A stretch of DNA of 62,947 nt, counting the filler, from Choristocarpus tenellus KU-1152 (taxonomy: Eukaryota; Protista; Phaeophyceae), in the NCBI GenBank assembly GCA_964200185.2. It is 12 parts of 12 records of this genome, joined end to end, with 100 filler letters (N's around TTAATTAATTAA, not from the genome) between each part and the next. Parts side by side here need not be neighbours in the genome. Positions count along the whole stretch, not along the records: positions 21,638 to 39,282 come from CAXNAD020000642.1; positions 39,383 to 44,502 come from CAXNAD020011806.1; 10 more parts are not named here. One strand, 5' to 3'. The translations under genes were made by a program, and so were the position numbers. Below are positions 28,001 through 40,932 of this stretch, piece by piece. The notes beneath the pieces were generated by a model. That model made no database searches. It saw nothing but the letters and a program-made list of their open reading frames with translations, and had not been told where the DNA came from. The stretch's first letter is position 1, and the number at the start of each line of letters is the position of its first letter.

Positions 28001-28083
28001 GCCACGGGAGTTGACAACAGGTTTTGGGGGTTTCTTGAATGCATCTTAAACACATCCCTCGTCAATGCCAGCAGGAACTTCAT
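25055..28083 (-). CDS. Divergent IscU/NifU-N/SufU-like Fe-S scaffold protein, 283 aa; exons 28083-27892, 27491-27346, 26074-25849, 25342-25055
   Basis: All introns are GT-AG with consistent phases (0, 2, 0). GCGCVCDIQ-VSVDEQGVVTDAAF, CNTLKSIG-SIATSICKGQLLEAL and SCLQ-IVEEALTTAL align without gaps to IscU ACGDVMKLQIKVNDEGIIEDARF, CGSAIASSSLVTEWVKGKSLDEA and HCSILAEDAIKAAI (E. coli sequence recalled from memory). Start codon inferred. Confidence 0.85.
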
Positions 28084-29089
28084 ACTGCACCACGAAGATG
28101 ACCCCTTGCTGTCTTGCTGTCTCCCACCCAGCACCTGCTATCCCCTCAACTACCCCTCTGTGTCGTTCAAACTGGAATGATAACTTTGTTTTTTGGTTGG
28201 TCAGTGACATCCTCAAATTTTGATGTGTAAGAAAAAATGCACACACGTCATACAACCATGTGACGTAGGACGACGTGTCGTATTGCTCCGTTCAAAACAC
28301 CTTTACAATCTTTTTTGTTCTCTCAACCACACACTAACATATCTATATTATTTGCAGATACGTATGACGTATGAAAGCCGGTATTAAATATAGAACATCA
28401 AGCTTCAAAACCCTCCGAAGGTGTAGAAACCCTTCAACTATGTTGCTTTTTGGTCTACTGAATGGTTTTATTTTCTTTGGATGTATACGAGTCAAGTTTT
28501 CACAGAAACATATATATACAATAAATATCTCTCCTTGTCGCAGTCTGAACGTATTTTAATGTACGACAAATCCTGTGTGTATAGCGCCTCATCCTCCACA
28601 AGTTGAGATTATCCACGAAGGAAGAAACATCATGTAACGAATACACCATAATAACCACAGAAAGCACTATAACATCAGATACACCAACTTGTGTGTTAAC
28701 AATTAATTGACCAGAAAACAACAAACTTTAGTGCTAAGTTGCGTGAAACCCTGTTTATCCTTCTTCTGTTTGGAAGACAACCTCGTTTACCTGTTGATAT
28801 TATTGGTTCGTCTAAGGTGATTCAGATGCCATTACTCAACAGTTTGTCCAAAAATGGACATAGTAAGGTGTACCCTGTTTTATGTATATTATGGGATTGG
28901 ATTGAGTCCATGTGATGTGTTTATAATATGAATAATGTTTGGGGTTTGGTATTGCAATTAAACTTCTTTGACATAACCGTTGACTTACGTCCAAGGCACA
29001 GATAATAATAAGACAAGCAATAAGAAGACACCCCACAAGGTCACAAGGTCGCTTTTCTTTTCAACCATGTGATCATATTCAGCAATGGG

Positions 29090-29745
29090 GAATCGTGTGA
29101 GGCTCCCAGAGCTTTCTTCTCTCTTCTTCCATGCTGACACAAACAGTAGTCTAAATCTGCGCAGAGTTTACTCAGTAAACCAGAGATAATTTACAGCTTG
29201 CATTTGAGTTGGCAGACCGTAACCTCCACGAACACGTTAAGAGTAAGGAACGTGCCAACCAACGCCTCGTGTTCCTTATTTTCGTACCTGGTGATCAAGT
29301 TCTAGCTAGTCCATTGCCATATGAGAGTACTGATGGTCCGAATCCGAAATTACTTCACCCTTTTAGGGGTCCATATGAAGTACATTCTAAGCTATCACCC
29401 GTGGTGTACAGGGTAGTATTACCTGGAAATCCACGTCTATTTTTCGTTCATCTGTGTAGAATGAAAACTACCACCCTCAAGTCCAACCTCCCACACCAGA
29501 TTTGAATGAACTGGATTATTGTTTTCTGGGGAAACAATAGCCATTACCCGATATAGATCATCAAAATCTCTCAAACTGTTATTGGCCAACACACTATTGA
29601 TAGCATTGTTGGACATAGACCTGGTCCTGGTCGTCATTCGCCCACAAATGTTATCTATCTTTCTCTTTGTGGCTATGGACCGCTTGTGACCTTTACAAAA
29701 GAGCAGAACATATCCCACAATACCGTGAAATGATTGCAGCCTAAT
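29090..29745 (+). mobile_element. Chromovirus (Ty3/Gypsy) integrase C-terminal remnant: GPY/F motif and chromodomain
   Basis: PGDQVL...PKLLHPFRGPYEVHSKLSPVVYRV...VHLCRMK, then HTIDSIVGHR...GYGP / RAEHIPQYREMIAA with frameshifts. Confidence 0.85.
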
Positions 29746-29869
29746 GTGCAGTAAAATAATTGGATAACCAGTAAATTATCGTTCTACACAACTTTGACTT
29801 GAGAATTCGTATTTACTGATACCATATTCCTTTGCATAGTCTGTATATATCACATAATGTAACCTATTA

Positions 29870-30930
29870 TTAGTATCATGCCCTCTGACATTTTGCAGAT
29901 GTGTCAGGGGGGAAACCAATGAGAACTATTATTCACATGTCAGTGTAAGCCCTAAAGAAATCAAATATGTCACAAATGTGAAAAACAGCGACCCATTTGC
30001 TATTTTACTACTATTTATACTACTGCCTTCCTGCGCCTCCGATCTACCTATACCTGTGCCTCTGGGTGAGGAGCTAGGGATGCATCGCAAGAATCCAACA
30101 AACCCCTCCCTGCCCAACTCCCTGGTGACTCCAGCTTAAAAAGCATGACACGTCTAGACAGTGCCACTTGTGTAATTATTGATACAATTTGGCGTAGCCG
30201 GGATTTAACCGCTCCTTTCCTGCTATATCCTCCAGTTCCTCTCCCCCCCATGTGTGTAGCCAGCTCATTCAGGAAGCATTCCACTTGCTTGCCGAGGTGC
30301 CCAAAACTTTCCTCTGCGAAGGTTTTGAGGTTAGAACTACGAGGATCAAAAGAGTCCTCATAGTGGGTGCGCTTTCGCGCCTCAGCTGCAGCAGCAGCTA
30401 CACCATCGCTGGTGGATGAGTGTGTAAGATGGGAGGTGGCCTGCACTTCTGCAAATGTAGCATCAAGTAGAAGTCCTTTGTCCCGGTAGGGAGCTGTTCA
30501 AGCGTCTGCCAGTGCCCCTGCATGGACAACTAGATCCATGTAGAGATTTCTGTCTACAGTGAAGGGACTGCCGTCCTCAGTAGTGCAAGGGATGCCCATT
30601 TCCTTGCATACTTGGCTTAGGCGTTTCACCATGGGGGTATGCTGTCGAACCTGTCCTCCTGCCCTGGGGCAGGTATGGGCATGTCTGGTGTCAACATTTT
30701 GCCTCATGCACCCCACCACTGGGCACCTGTTTGAGAGAGCCTCCTCTCTCCCTAGGGATCTGCTGGTTGTAAGCTTGAATACCAAAGGGGGGATCTGGCA
30801 TGCTGGCTCCAGGGGTTGCGTTGAGGCCCATGCGTTTTCCCCCTTTCCACACTGACTCCAGTGGCGTGCTAGAGCTAATGAGGACCTCTCCTTCCCCTGG
30901 TGCACTTCACTAGGTAGGCCGGCTAATTGT
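29870..30930 (-). mobile_element. 5'-truncated RLE-type (CRE-like) non-LTR retrotransposon: zinc knuckle, restriction-like endonuclease and 3' UTR
   Basis: CPVVGC...HAHTC, VRQH, E.GSPF...MDLVV...LLLDATF, EARKRTHY, FAEESFGHLG; one in-frame stop at ~30498; terminal hairpin and tail. Confidence 0.82.
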
Positions 30931-30949
30931 GTCAGGAGTGTAACCTATC

Positions 30950-33400
30950 GTTTCAGTAAAGAGATCATTGTATGTATGTGTGGTACAGATTCTGACCAAT
31001 TTTTACTGTTTGTATGTTTGTTTTAAGACTTAAGTTTTTAGGCCCAGATCTCGTGTTACCCATATATTATCATATTACCCATATATCATAATCCTTTACA
31101 AAGGTTGACCATCCAGTTTAGACAAATCGTTTGTATGCCATTTTGTCATGAAGGGGTATAGTCTATCGTTTTGTGAAGAGATTAGATATCTGGTAATAGA
31201 TGTCAGTTAAATTGTCCCTGACCAGCTGTGACTTGATATCTCGTGTTTACTAGGTTTATAAATCCTAGCAAATAGACCATATGTATACTGAGTATATGTT
31301 GGTGGCATTTAGATAAATTAATAATTGCAATTAATTTATCTATCAACTCTCCTCGTTTGCATGAGTGGACACATGTGGTGGTGAAGAGACCATATCACCA
31401 GCACATTAGCAACCGTGTGTTCGAGGTGGCTGTTCATTACATTATGTCACTTTTTCATTAATTTGATTTATGGATTATCATGAAATGACTAACTCCATCA
31501 AACACAAAGATTCAAGTCTACCACTAGGTAAGTGATGGAGGCTTCAGGTGAATAATATTTTTATTGTTTTTCGAGTGGGATAGTCTCCCTGGGAGGATGT
31601 AAAGACGGTACAGTCACCTTGTATTGTTTGGAGAGTTGAGCCACCAATATTGCCCGTTTGCGTTGTCCACTTGGAATATTGTAGTCCTCTTGAGTAATAT
31701 TCCAATCGTTGTCAGAATGCGGGGAAGGAGAATGGGAGCAAATATCGTATATTTAATCTCATCGTTTGCTATGTTGATTTTTGGTCATATAACACGTGCT
31801 TGTATTTTCGTGCATCAGAGTGTTGATCAAAATAATCGTGTTACACTGGTGTAGCAACGTCAGATGACAAACGCTTGCCAAACAGTTTATTGACATCGTA
31901 TAATGTTTGCTCCTTCTATCCCCATTCTATCCACTGTTTATACAAGATACAAGAGACCTACATGCTGGGCACATATACCTTTCGCCTCGTATTCAGGCTG
32001 ACCGCATTGCTGATCACATGCCACCAGACCTTGACCATGAGCTTGATGCGATACGGACCGCAGTCATCACCGTCACTCATATTTAGGCTGACTGATATGC
32101 TGATCCTATCCTCTCAGACCTCGTAACCTTGATTGGTATGCTGACCACATGCCATTAATCTTAAGGCTCATGATATCCTGATCAGATATTCATTGATGCC
32201 TTGTTATATACTACGCTTCATTTGTATTAATGGAGTAGTGTAATGTAATGGTACAATTGTATATCAACAGTCAAACATGTTTCCCATTTGGTCCCAGAGT
32301 TCACTTTTTGGTTGACCTTGAATCATGCTTACATGGCTTCAAGGCCGATCAGAAGGGGGTGTGACGGGGAAGGCAGGTTTGTCAGTTGTTATATCGTTAT
32401 TGCCGTAAATCACATATCGTCATACCGATTGAGGTTCTTTTTGAGAACTTCGGTTCCACTGTGAGGAGGATCTCGGAGGGATAGATTTCCGTCTCGTGTC
32501 TCTTCATGACCACGTTTTTTTCCAAAGACGGATCTCCCATCTCTGAAAGGTTTCTTTTCAGAAACTCATGCGAACTATGATCGTCCCCACTTCCCCAGTT
32601 CCCCACATTTTCTTGCAAGTCCTTTCAGTCTTTCACTTGTCAAACCTTATCCTCTCGGTTACGGTTCGTCTTGGTTCGTCTAGTCTGTGTTGCCTAGTAA
32701 TTCTCTTCGCCACCCTTACCTGAGTGAACCACGTCACCACAGAATCACACTTTATATTGATCATAAATAAAATGTTCTAACATGGTAGAGTCTAAGGTCA
32801 TGATTACTCAAAATGATTAGGTCCACAAGTTGACCATGTGCACAACCAAGAAACATGACCCAGTCGATGGTTAAGTTCATGTCCATCAATTCTGTGCGAA
32901 ATAGGACAATCTTAAGGTGTACCCTTTGTTGTATATATGAGATCATACCACTGGATTGAGTCGATGTGATGCAAGTACATCCAGATTATATATGGGGTTT
33001 GGTATTGGAGTTAAATTACTCTCACATAGTCGTTGACTTACGTATCATACAAATAATAATTAAACAAAAGTTTAACAAACAGGTTCGCGTGAGGCCTCAC
33101 TTCTTGTTATCTTCACTACTAATCAAGTAGCAATACTTTCCAAGGTTAATTGACCAAATTCTCAACATGAACAAAGGCATAATATACAACTAACTTGGGA
33201 TATGACTGAGATTATTGTTATCGATCGTTTCAACATGGGTGGTCGAATGGTCAACCCCTGTTATGTTTTTGATAAAATAGTAGTGGACATGGTAACTATG
33301 TAGGTCAATGAAAAGTTCTGATAAAATTCGATATAAGTTCTGGCTACCAAAATACAACACACAACAAGACACCCTCACCACTCACTTCATCCCTATTCGT
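30950..33400 (-). mobile_element. Highly decayed Gypsy pol-like remnants (RT, RNase H and integrase zinc-finger traces)
   Basis: Fragmentary motifs only (FARIINLV, VNDYVRV); 32915-33070 resembles 28865-29020. No intact frame. Confidence 0.35.
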
Positions 33401-33459
33401 TCCAGAAATAATCAAATATTCCATCTAAGCAGTTTGTTGGACATAGATTACATATAATT

Positions 33460-33815
33460 TATTATTATGCCCTTTGATATTTTGAAGATTTGTCAGGGGG
33501 GAAACCAATGAAAACTATATATATATGTCGTTATAAGCCCTAAAGAAATAAAATATCTTAAAGGTAAGAACACTATAAAACGAAACCACTAACAGTTACT
33601 TCACCACCATCAAATATTTTATTATTATGCCCTCTGACATTTTGCAGATGTGTCAGGGGGGAAACCAATGAAAACTATATATATACATGTCAAATATTGT
33701 TCTACTGTCTTCCTTAGCTTCGCATCTACCTACTCCTGTGCCTCGGCGGGGGGAGCTAGGGAAGCATCCCAAGAATCCAACAGACCCCTCCGTGCCCATA
33801 TATTATTATCCCCTC
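33460..33815 (-). mobile_element. Stacked short 3' fragments of the CRE-like LINE (similar stack at 50760-51075)
   Basis: Repeated ATTATTATGCCCT(C/T)TGA..TTT...GTCAGGGGGGAAACCAATGAAAACTAT, plus the ORF end WARRGLLDSWDASLAPPAEAQE. Confidence 0.8.
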
Positions 33816-34654
33816 TCATACCACATTGTAGTTTTTTTATTTCTAACGTATGACATATATGTTGAACGAATAAGTTCAGATCAAAATTGAAGATCCTTTT
33901 ACAAGGAACAAGATAAATAATGAATATTATTATGTACTGGAGGTGTGTGAGGGAAAAACGAATGAAAAACGATGATGAACCAACCACCCTATTATGATGA
34001 ATATCATTCTTTCGTATTGTAATATACTACAATTTGGTGAAGGAGAACAGAAAATTGAAGACATTTGTGGATACAAATATTTCTAATTTTTCGACTTTAA
34101 GATTCTCTGTCTTATGAACAAAAAATATGTATTTTCGGAACTTATCACTTTCAATGATAGAACAAGAATATAACAAGTTCTTGGTGAAAACATTCGATAC
34201 CCTTACCATTTCACACCTATAAGCGTTGAAGTCTGTGAATCTTGAGTCTGTCTGTAATTTGAACAAGGTGGTGCAGCAGGGGGATGCGACAACTCCTCCA
34301 TCGATACTGAGTGGGGCAATAAGCTATTTGCTTCTGCTCGCATCAGGTCCCATGTCTGGAATGACGTGTGTCTCTTTTTGCTGGGGAACGCCTGGTCCAA
34401 CTTGTGTGCGAGTCTTCCAAATATAGTGCAAACCAGTCGGTGAGAAACCATCAGCAGAAAGGGAAGACGCCATTGACCTCATACAGTATTCAGTGCTTCT
34501 TTTTTTCATTGCCCCTCACACTCAACGTTTTCGATGTTTCGACAACGATCGTAATTCAAACATATACTTTTGGAGGGAGAGTCAAGACATAGGGCAATCA
34601 AAGGAGAAGGCCCACCACAGAATTTGAGAGGGAGAGGAACACACCACAGCTCTC

Positions 34655-37600
34655 ATGGTGGCTACGATTCCCCTCAGGGTTTGTGTGAACAAGAGCGACC
34701 AAGGCTCGCATCAAACAGATGAACCACTGCAGTGTGACGACTCGATCTCTTCGCCTGAGAATTGTTTCGAAGGAAACGACGAGCGGTCATTATTTGAGGA
34801 GGACAAAATTTCGAGATACCGTTCGATTCATGTCCAACGTCCGAAAGGGCTATCTAGGATGTTAAAAAACTGTGGCAAATCCCACTTCAATCCTGACGAA
34901 GTCAATGCCGACAAGACTCTGGTGGACAAACCCCAGTTTAGAGGAATGTCTGGACACCGAGTTGAGGGCTTAGATTCGGAAGGTTGGAGGTTTCACGGCC
35001 ATCGGGGGCAAGTGAAAGCTCCCCCCCCAGCTGAGAACAGGGAGGTGGAGGGAATTGTAGGACAGGGGTCCAAGCCACGGTCCCATACTTCTGATGTGGG
35101 AGGGATGCCCATCAGTCGTCAGGGAGAGGGAGAGGATGATGGATCGGATCAGAATATTGGCACGTCTCGAGGCTCATCCCAGCCCTTAGATATGGGCTAC
35201 TTTCCTGATGCTGTGAACGCTAATCAAGGTGTCAGGGAAACTTGGGAGAGTGAATGTGGCATGGCGCGAGACAAGGACCAGTCCATGGACCAGGAACGAA
35301 CACATCCCTTGAAGAGACCACGGTTGTGTTTATTGTCTGGGACCAGTAGATCAGGAGAACAGGGAGACACATGCAGGTCTGCTGTTAAAGGCAGCGACAG
35401 TCTGAGGTCTCCCTGCCCGCTGGCTAAGGTCTTCAAGCGCATAGCATGGGTGGAGGGAGGCATGTCTTACTTGCAAGTCACCCCTGAGTACCTAGACCAA
35501 CTGGCAACAGGAGCAGCTTTGGAGGAGAAGGAGGATGAGGAGGGGGAGGGGGAAGGGAATGGGGATGCGATGGCAAAAGACTACATGTCTAAATTTAACG
35601 TCTATAAGTCTAAGGCTCAGGCTGGGTTGTCGTTGGTGCTCAGACCGCATCCATTGCCTCCATCTCAGCTGTGTGTTTGTTCATCCCTTACACACTCTCC
35701 ACACAAGCAGAGTCCGCCTACTGGGGGAGGGGGAATTGAAGGCAGCAGTTGCGCGAGTAATGGTGGTGGCATGGAGACAGGGTCAAGATCTACTGATGTG
35801 ACTTTTGGGTGTAAAGTAGTGCCTGATGGACAGGAGAAAGAAGGTGAGCAAAGTCACCTTTTCTTGAAGAAGAAAAGGAAGGCTGTGGTTGAGGGAGTAT
35901 CAGTGGGAGGTGGGGAGTGGGAAGAGGTGATGGTAAGAGGGACAAAAACGTCAGCTTCTACTTCAACGAGAGAGGATCGAATGACATCGATTGGGGGGGA
36001 GGCAGACACTGAACCTTCCGTTCCCTTGAAGAAGAAGAAGGTCCTGAGCAGGGGCGGGAGATCATCAAGTGGCCAGGTGGGGACAGCAGGAGTGCAGGAA
36101 GGGGAAGGGGAAGGGGCACGGGGAGAACCAAACCTGAGTGTCAACTCATCTTCAACCTGTTTGACAAGCTGCTCTCCCCATGATCCAATGGAGAGAATCA
36201 GCAAACCATCAACACTACTGGATCAGAGTTGTAGCCGCCCCAGCTACAGTGGTTCATCCCGTGACTGTGTCATCAATGGCAGCAGTTGCCCTGAAGCAGC
36301 AGCGTCCTTGTTGTCCATGACCACTAAATTTGGGGTGACTCCAGAGGTAGCAGGGAGGATTGATGTGAAGGTGGACACTGGGGGACATAGTGTGTCAGTT
36401 GGAGAGTCGCCTGGATTTACCACACAAAATGAGACCAAGTCCCAAAGTGATCACTCAGGTGTCCCCGACCTAGGTTGCCCTGTTGACCCCAGCACCTTTG
36501 TGGCATCATCTCTAGATGAGGAAGAGCAGCAAGAAGGGTCGGTGTTAGAAAAGGACAAGGGGAAGATGGTTACTCCTGGACACCAGGTATATGTCGGATC
36601 AGCAATCCCTTTTGCAAATCAACGGCCCTCAATGGGAGCTTCTCCTTCACACCTGCCTCCCAAGGCTTCTTCACATTCACCTCTTTATGTGGCCCTCAAC
36701 CTCCCACTTTCATTGAAAGATGTATCAGGAAGAAGTTCAAGAGCATCAGGAAGCTCACCCGTCAAGTTTGTGGCAAAGGAAACTACACAGTCCACTCAAA
36801 AATGTGCAAGTGCTGCCCTTGCTTCCCACCATAGTAAGATGGGCTCAATTTCTTCTTCACTTTGGAATACCTCCTTGGGCAATGGAGAGGAGAGGACAAC
36901 CCTTCAAAGCCCACAATGGCCACAGTGCTCAATGTCAGCATCGGCACTGTTAGCCGCAGGGTCTGTTCCCATGTGTGGCATTCCCACGGGAATCATTGCC
37001 TCCAGAGTCTCTCCACATACAGTCAATGCTGCTGATGCTGGTGCCGTGATGACATCAAGGTCATTGTCAAAAGACCGTCAGCCATCACCATTGTCAGCAT
37101 CAACATCATCTGGCTCAGGTAGGCCATCTATAGGCCACCAAACCGGTAGGGCACCTCCTCCTTCCAGCAATACTACAACTACTACAAACAGGTCAAAGGT
37201 TTCGCCGGCCTATATTGCTGCAACTCCTGAAGTGGATAGGAATCGAAAGTCCAGGTACACTGCCAAGCCCGTGATGGAGCGAAATTTTCCAGCAGCCGGT
37301 CTGTTGTCAAAGCCGTTGCCCCTGAATGGAGCAAAGAGTTTACCATCGGTGTCAAGGCTAGCAACAGCCCCAGCAGCAGCTGCGACGAGATCAGCTCCTG
37401 TTGACTCGCCATCACCACAGTTGATTGCTGTGGGTGGACCACGGGTTAAAGCGTCCAAGAAGCACGCTCACTCATTATCTCACGTAAGGGCAAAGGAGGC
37501 AGTTGTGTTATCACCATTCCAAGAAAGTACATCCATTCCCTTGTCACCATCTCGAGAACTGCATCCTCAGCCAACCATAGATGGAACCGCAGACTTGGCA

Positions 37601-38596
37601 AGGAGATCACTGGTGCTAGCAGCGGTACCACCGCCGGTTTCTACACGCGACAAGTGGAAGTGTTCAGCTGCCAGAGGTCCCCGTCCAATAAACAGGTGTT
37701 CGGTGTTGCAACCTGGGATGGGTGGAGGGGAAGACCGCCCATACTTGCAACTACAGCCACGTTATTCTCGACCGATGGTTGGGGCAACATCCGGTGCCAG
37801 GCCATCCCCGTCCAGTGTGACATTACCTTTGGCTCCTCAACCCCCGCCAGCCCAGTCAGTTTTACCTGTCCTTAACGACCATGCCCTTGCGGCAGTACAG
37901 TCTGAGACTGTAGTGCAGTCTCCAGCGCAGGGCACGGTGTCGATGTCTGCACCGTCTTGGAATCGTCATCTGCAGGATCAGGTCTTGCGCACGCCCACAG
38001 CAAAGGCAGCAAGCGCCCCGGGGTTGTCTGCATCGCTGTTCCAGTCTCTGGGAATTCCAATGCCTGCGCCCTCAACTGGTGCTAACCACCTGCCTTCGAA
38101 AGAGTCAGGACTGTCAACACCGAGGGCAAAGGTTAGGGACCCTAGGAGGAAGGGAAGTCAACGACAGCGATCCGCGTACTCCCCAAGACCCCATGTACGT
38201 GCGGACAAGGATGGACTGTGTGCTGTGGAGAGGAGGGTTAGAAGAGACCAGTCACGGCCATCTGTTCCTGGGGCAGATTTTGGGAGAGTGGACGCCGTAG
38301 GGGGAGTAAGACCGAAGCCAATTGCGATGGCGTTGGGGGGGTGCCCTGTTCTCCAGGACAAGCCTGCAAAGATCAAGGTTGCAGTAGATGGAGGGGAAGG
38401 GCGGGTGCAAGTATTGGGGCGTGAGGGAGGTTTGGAGGGCATAGAAGGGCGAGTCGTTGCACCTGATGTGACAACTGTTGTGGAGGGTGTGTTTGGCACT
38501 GTAAAGGTGTACCTTCCTAGGACTACCTCTGTGGCAAAGTCTACTTCTGCGAGAGTGCAGTTGCTTGGGGGCTGTGAAGCTGATTTGGAGCGGAAG
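34655..38596 (+). CDS. Very large coding exon (1314 codons) of a Ser/Gly/Pro-rich, probably disordered hypothetical protein; the rest of the gene is not in the contig
   Basis: 3.9-kb open frame with higher GC than its flanks, ending CGGAAG|gtgagc before low-complexity intron sequence; basic clusters KKKRK and KKKK; one RDPR motif. Confidence 0.8.
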
Positions 38597-40387
38597 GTGA
38601 GCAACCCCCCCCCTCCCCCCCCCCCCTGTAGGTTTTTTTTTTTTTTCTCCTTTTTAAAATTTTTTGAATTTTTCTGTTCTCTTCATCTTTTATTTTTGAC
38701 TGTTCATACAATCATAGTTTTTTTTTCTTTAATTCCTACGCTTGTGGTTGATTCTTTGAAAATATAATAATTAAAAGTACACTGCATCATTAAAGCTCTT
38801 GAGCAACAAGAACAAATTTATCATCGATCGGACAGTAAGTTTCGAAATCCTTTTTTTTGTCATCTTTTTTTTTTTACTCGCATGGTAATGTTAGTGCAGT
38901 AGTAATTAATAGTAGATACTCTTAACTTTTTTTTTTTCAATTGTTTTTTTTTTCTTTCCTAATTTGCGGTTTCGATTAATCCCTCGGACGCAAGAATCTA
39001 ATAGTTGTGCCGTTGTTGGGCTGACATTGCTGAGAGACGGAGCACAATTTTTTTAAATTATAGTATCTTTTTTCCCACACCCAATGGGTTAAGTAAGTGG
39101 TTGGTACCAGAACTATTGTACTCTTAGGGATGTGACTATTTTGCCCGAAGTTACACGGACTCTACCGATTTCTACCAAGGATCAGACTTTGCTGATGACT
39201 AAAGGTTGTGACTCGAAGTATATGGGGGGGGGGGGGGGGGGGGGGGGGTCTACCCGGGGGGTTTTTTTGGGGGCGGGAACGGNNNNNNNNNNNNNNNNNN
39301 NNNNNNNNNNNNNNNNNNNNNNNNNNTTAATTAATTAANNNNNNNNNNNNNNNNNNNNNNNNNNNNNNNNNNNNNNNNNNNNACCAAGCAATCTCGCAGG
39401 GTTTATCACCTTTATCCTCTTTGATGATTTTGGGGATACTTTAACACTGTACACTTCTCTTCCATAGTAGCATAGATGACATAGATCCCGCTGTTGATCT
39501 GTGCCCACTCCAATCAATTCCGATATTCTTTCCAAGATAAAAACCGGCATGGTCTCGGCTTGACCGTATATGCTCCCCTTTGGTGTGCACCCTGAACGGA
39601 CTACACACCTTTTCTACCACGGTAACGGAGATGAAACAGATCCTGCTGTTGATGTATGGCGAAATTCGACTGCAGCACACTTCAAGCTTCTAGTTCCCAC
39701 TACCACAGATACTTCCTCAACCTAGCTTACCTTGATGGCTGGAGGTGATATAGGTCGCGAGGACAGGAACACTGATCTAGAGAAGCGTCAAAAACAGGTA
39801 GGAATGCTTTCCTCACCCATGTTACCTCACCATTGCCGATACTTCACATCCTGCGCATTATGATGTGAGTTCTTCGCAAGTCATGATCGACCACTGTAAT
39901 TATATTACATCCACTGAATTCACTTGGCCATTTCTATATATTAATTCATCCCATCTCACATAAACCCCTATTGCAGTCCCCGCATCACATAAATGTAATT
40001 CCACCTCTTGGCCATCTCTACAACACAACACTTCAATATTCCTTCTACATGCAAAGCATATCCACCATGTCAAGGTCCTTCCCACCTCCATTGCACTCCA
40101 TTTACAGAATGGGTACTATCCATTTCAACTACATTTCATCGATCTCATATCATCATGTTTCCCTCGCTGATTTTGCACCATCCATCTTATCGTACCGAAT
40201 CAACAATGTAAGTTTCAATCGCATCCCATCCATCCCTTACGGACATTCCACCACACTCCCCACAACACACCACATTTCAATAATATAATTTTTCACTTAT
40301 TCACCATCTACACCGATACACAACTACATGTGCCTTCTGTACAACTTTCTCTTCCTCCATATTGCAATGCACAATGAGTAAATACTC

Positions 40388-40932
40388 TGTTACAGCGTGC
40401 CCCTGAACTCACCTCCACAAGATGTGTAACTCAAATCCGACGACCTTAAAACGACGCCATGGGGACGTTGCCCTTGGTAACAGTTTGTAGGGTGTCAGAT
40501 AGCCTTCTCTCTTGATATTCCACTCAGTGCTTAGCTCAAAGCTCGACTCAAAGTTTCGTTCAAGATAAAAAGACTGGCAAGGGGGGTAAAGGTGTTTTCA
40601 CTAAAAGCCCTATTATTATTTTCATCATCCACCCAATTTCTTTGATCTTCTATGCAACTGCTCTATGCGTACTCCAATCATAAACCATTATTCTGCAACT
40701 TCTTAGGAACTTTGACATTTTCTTCTGTAATGTTACATACGCATTACGAACCTTACTCTGTATCTCCTACGAAATCAGTATTTATTGTGTAAGGCTACCT
40801 ATGTGTTACTAATATCGTGTATTGTTCGCACTTGTTAGAACGCGAGAAACAATCCTCGCACTATTCGTCTGTCACAAATGTTCGTGTTTGCTAAAACATG
40901 AGAAGAAATGCTCGCGCTATTCGCCTGTAACA
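40388..40932 (-). mobile_element. Solo LTR (545 bp) with 4-bp TSD ACTC
   Basis: TGTTACAG...CTGTAACA termini flanked by ACTC at 40384-40387 and 40933-40936; ends match the LTR ends at 18527, 44774 and 48182. Confidence 0.9.
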
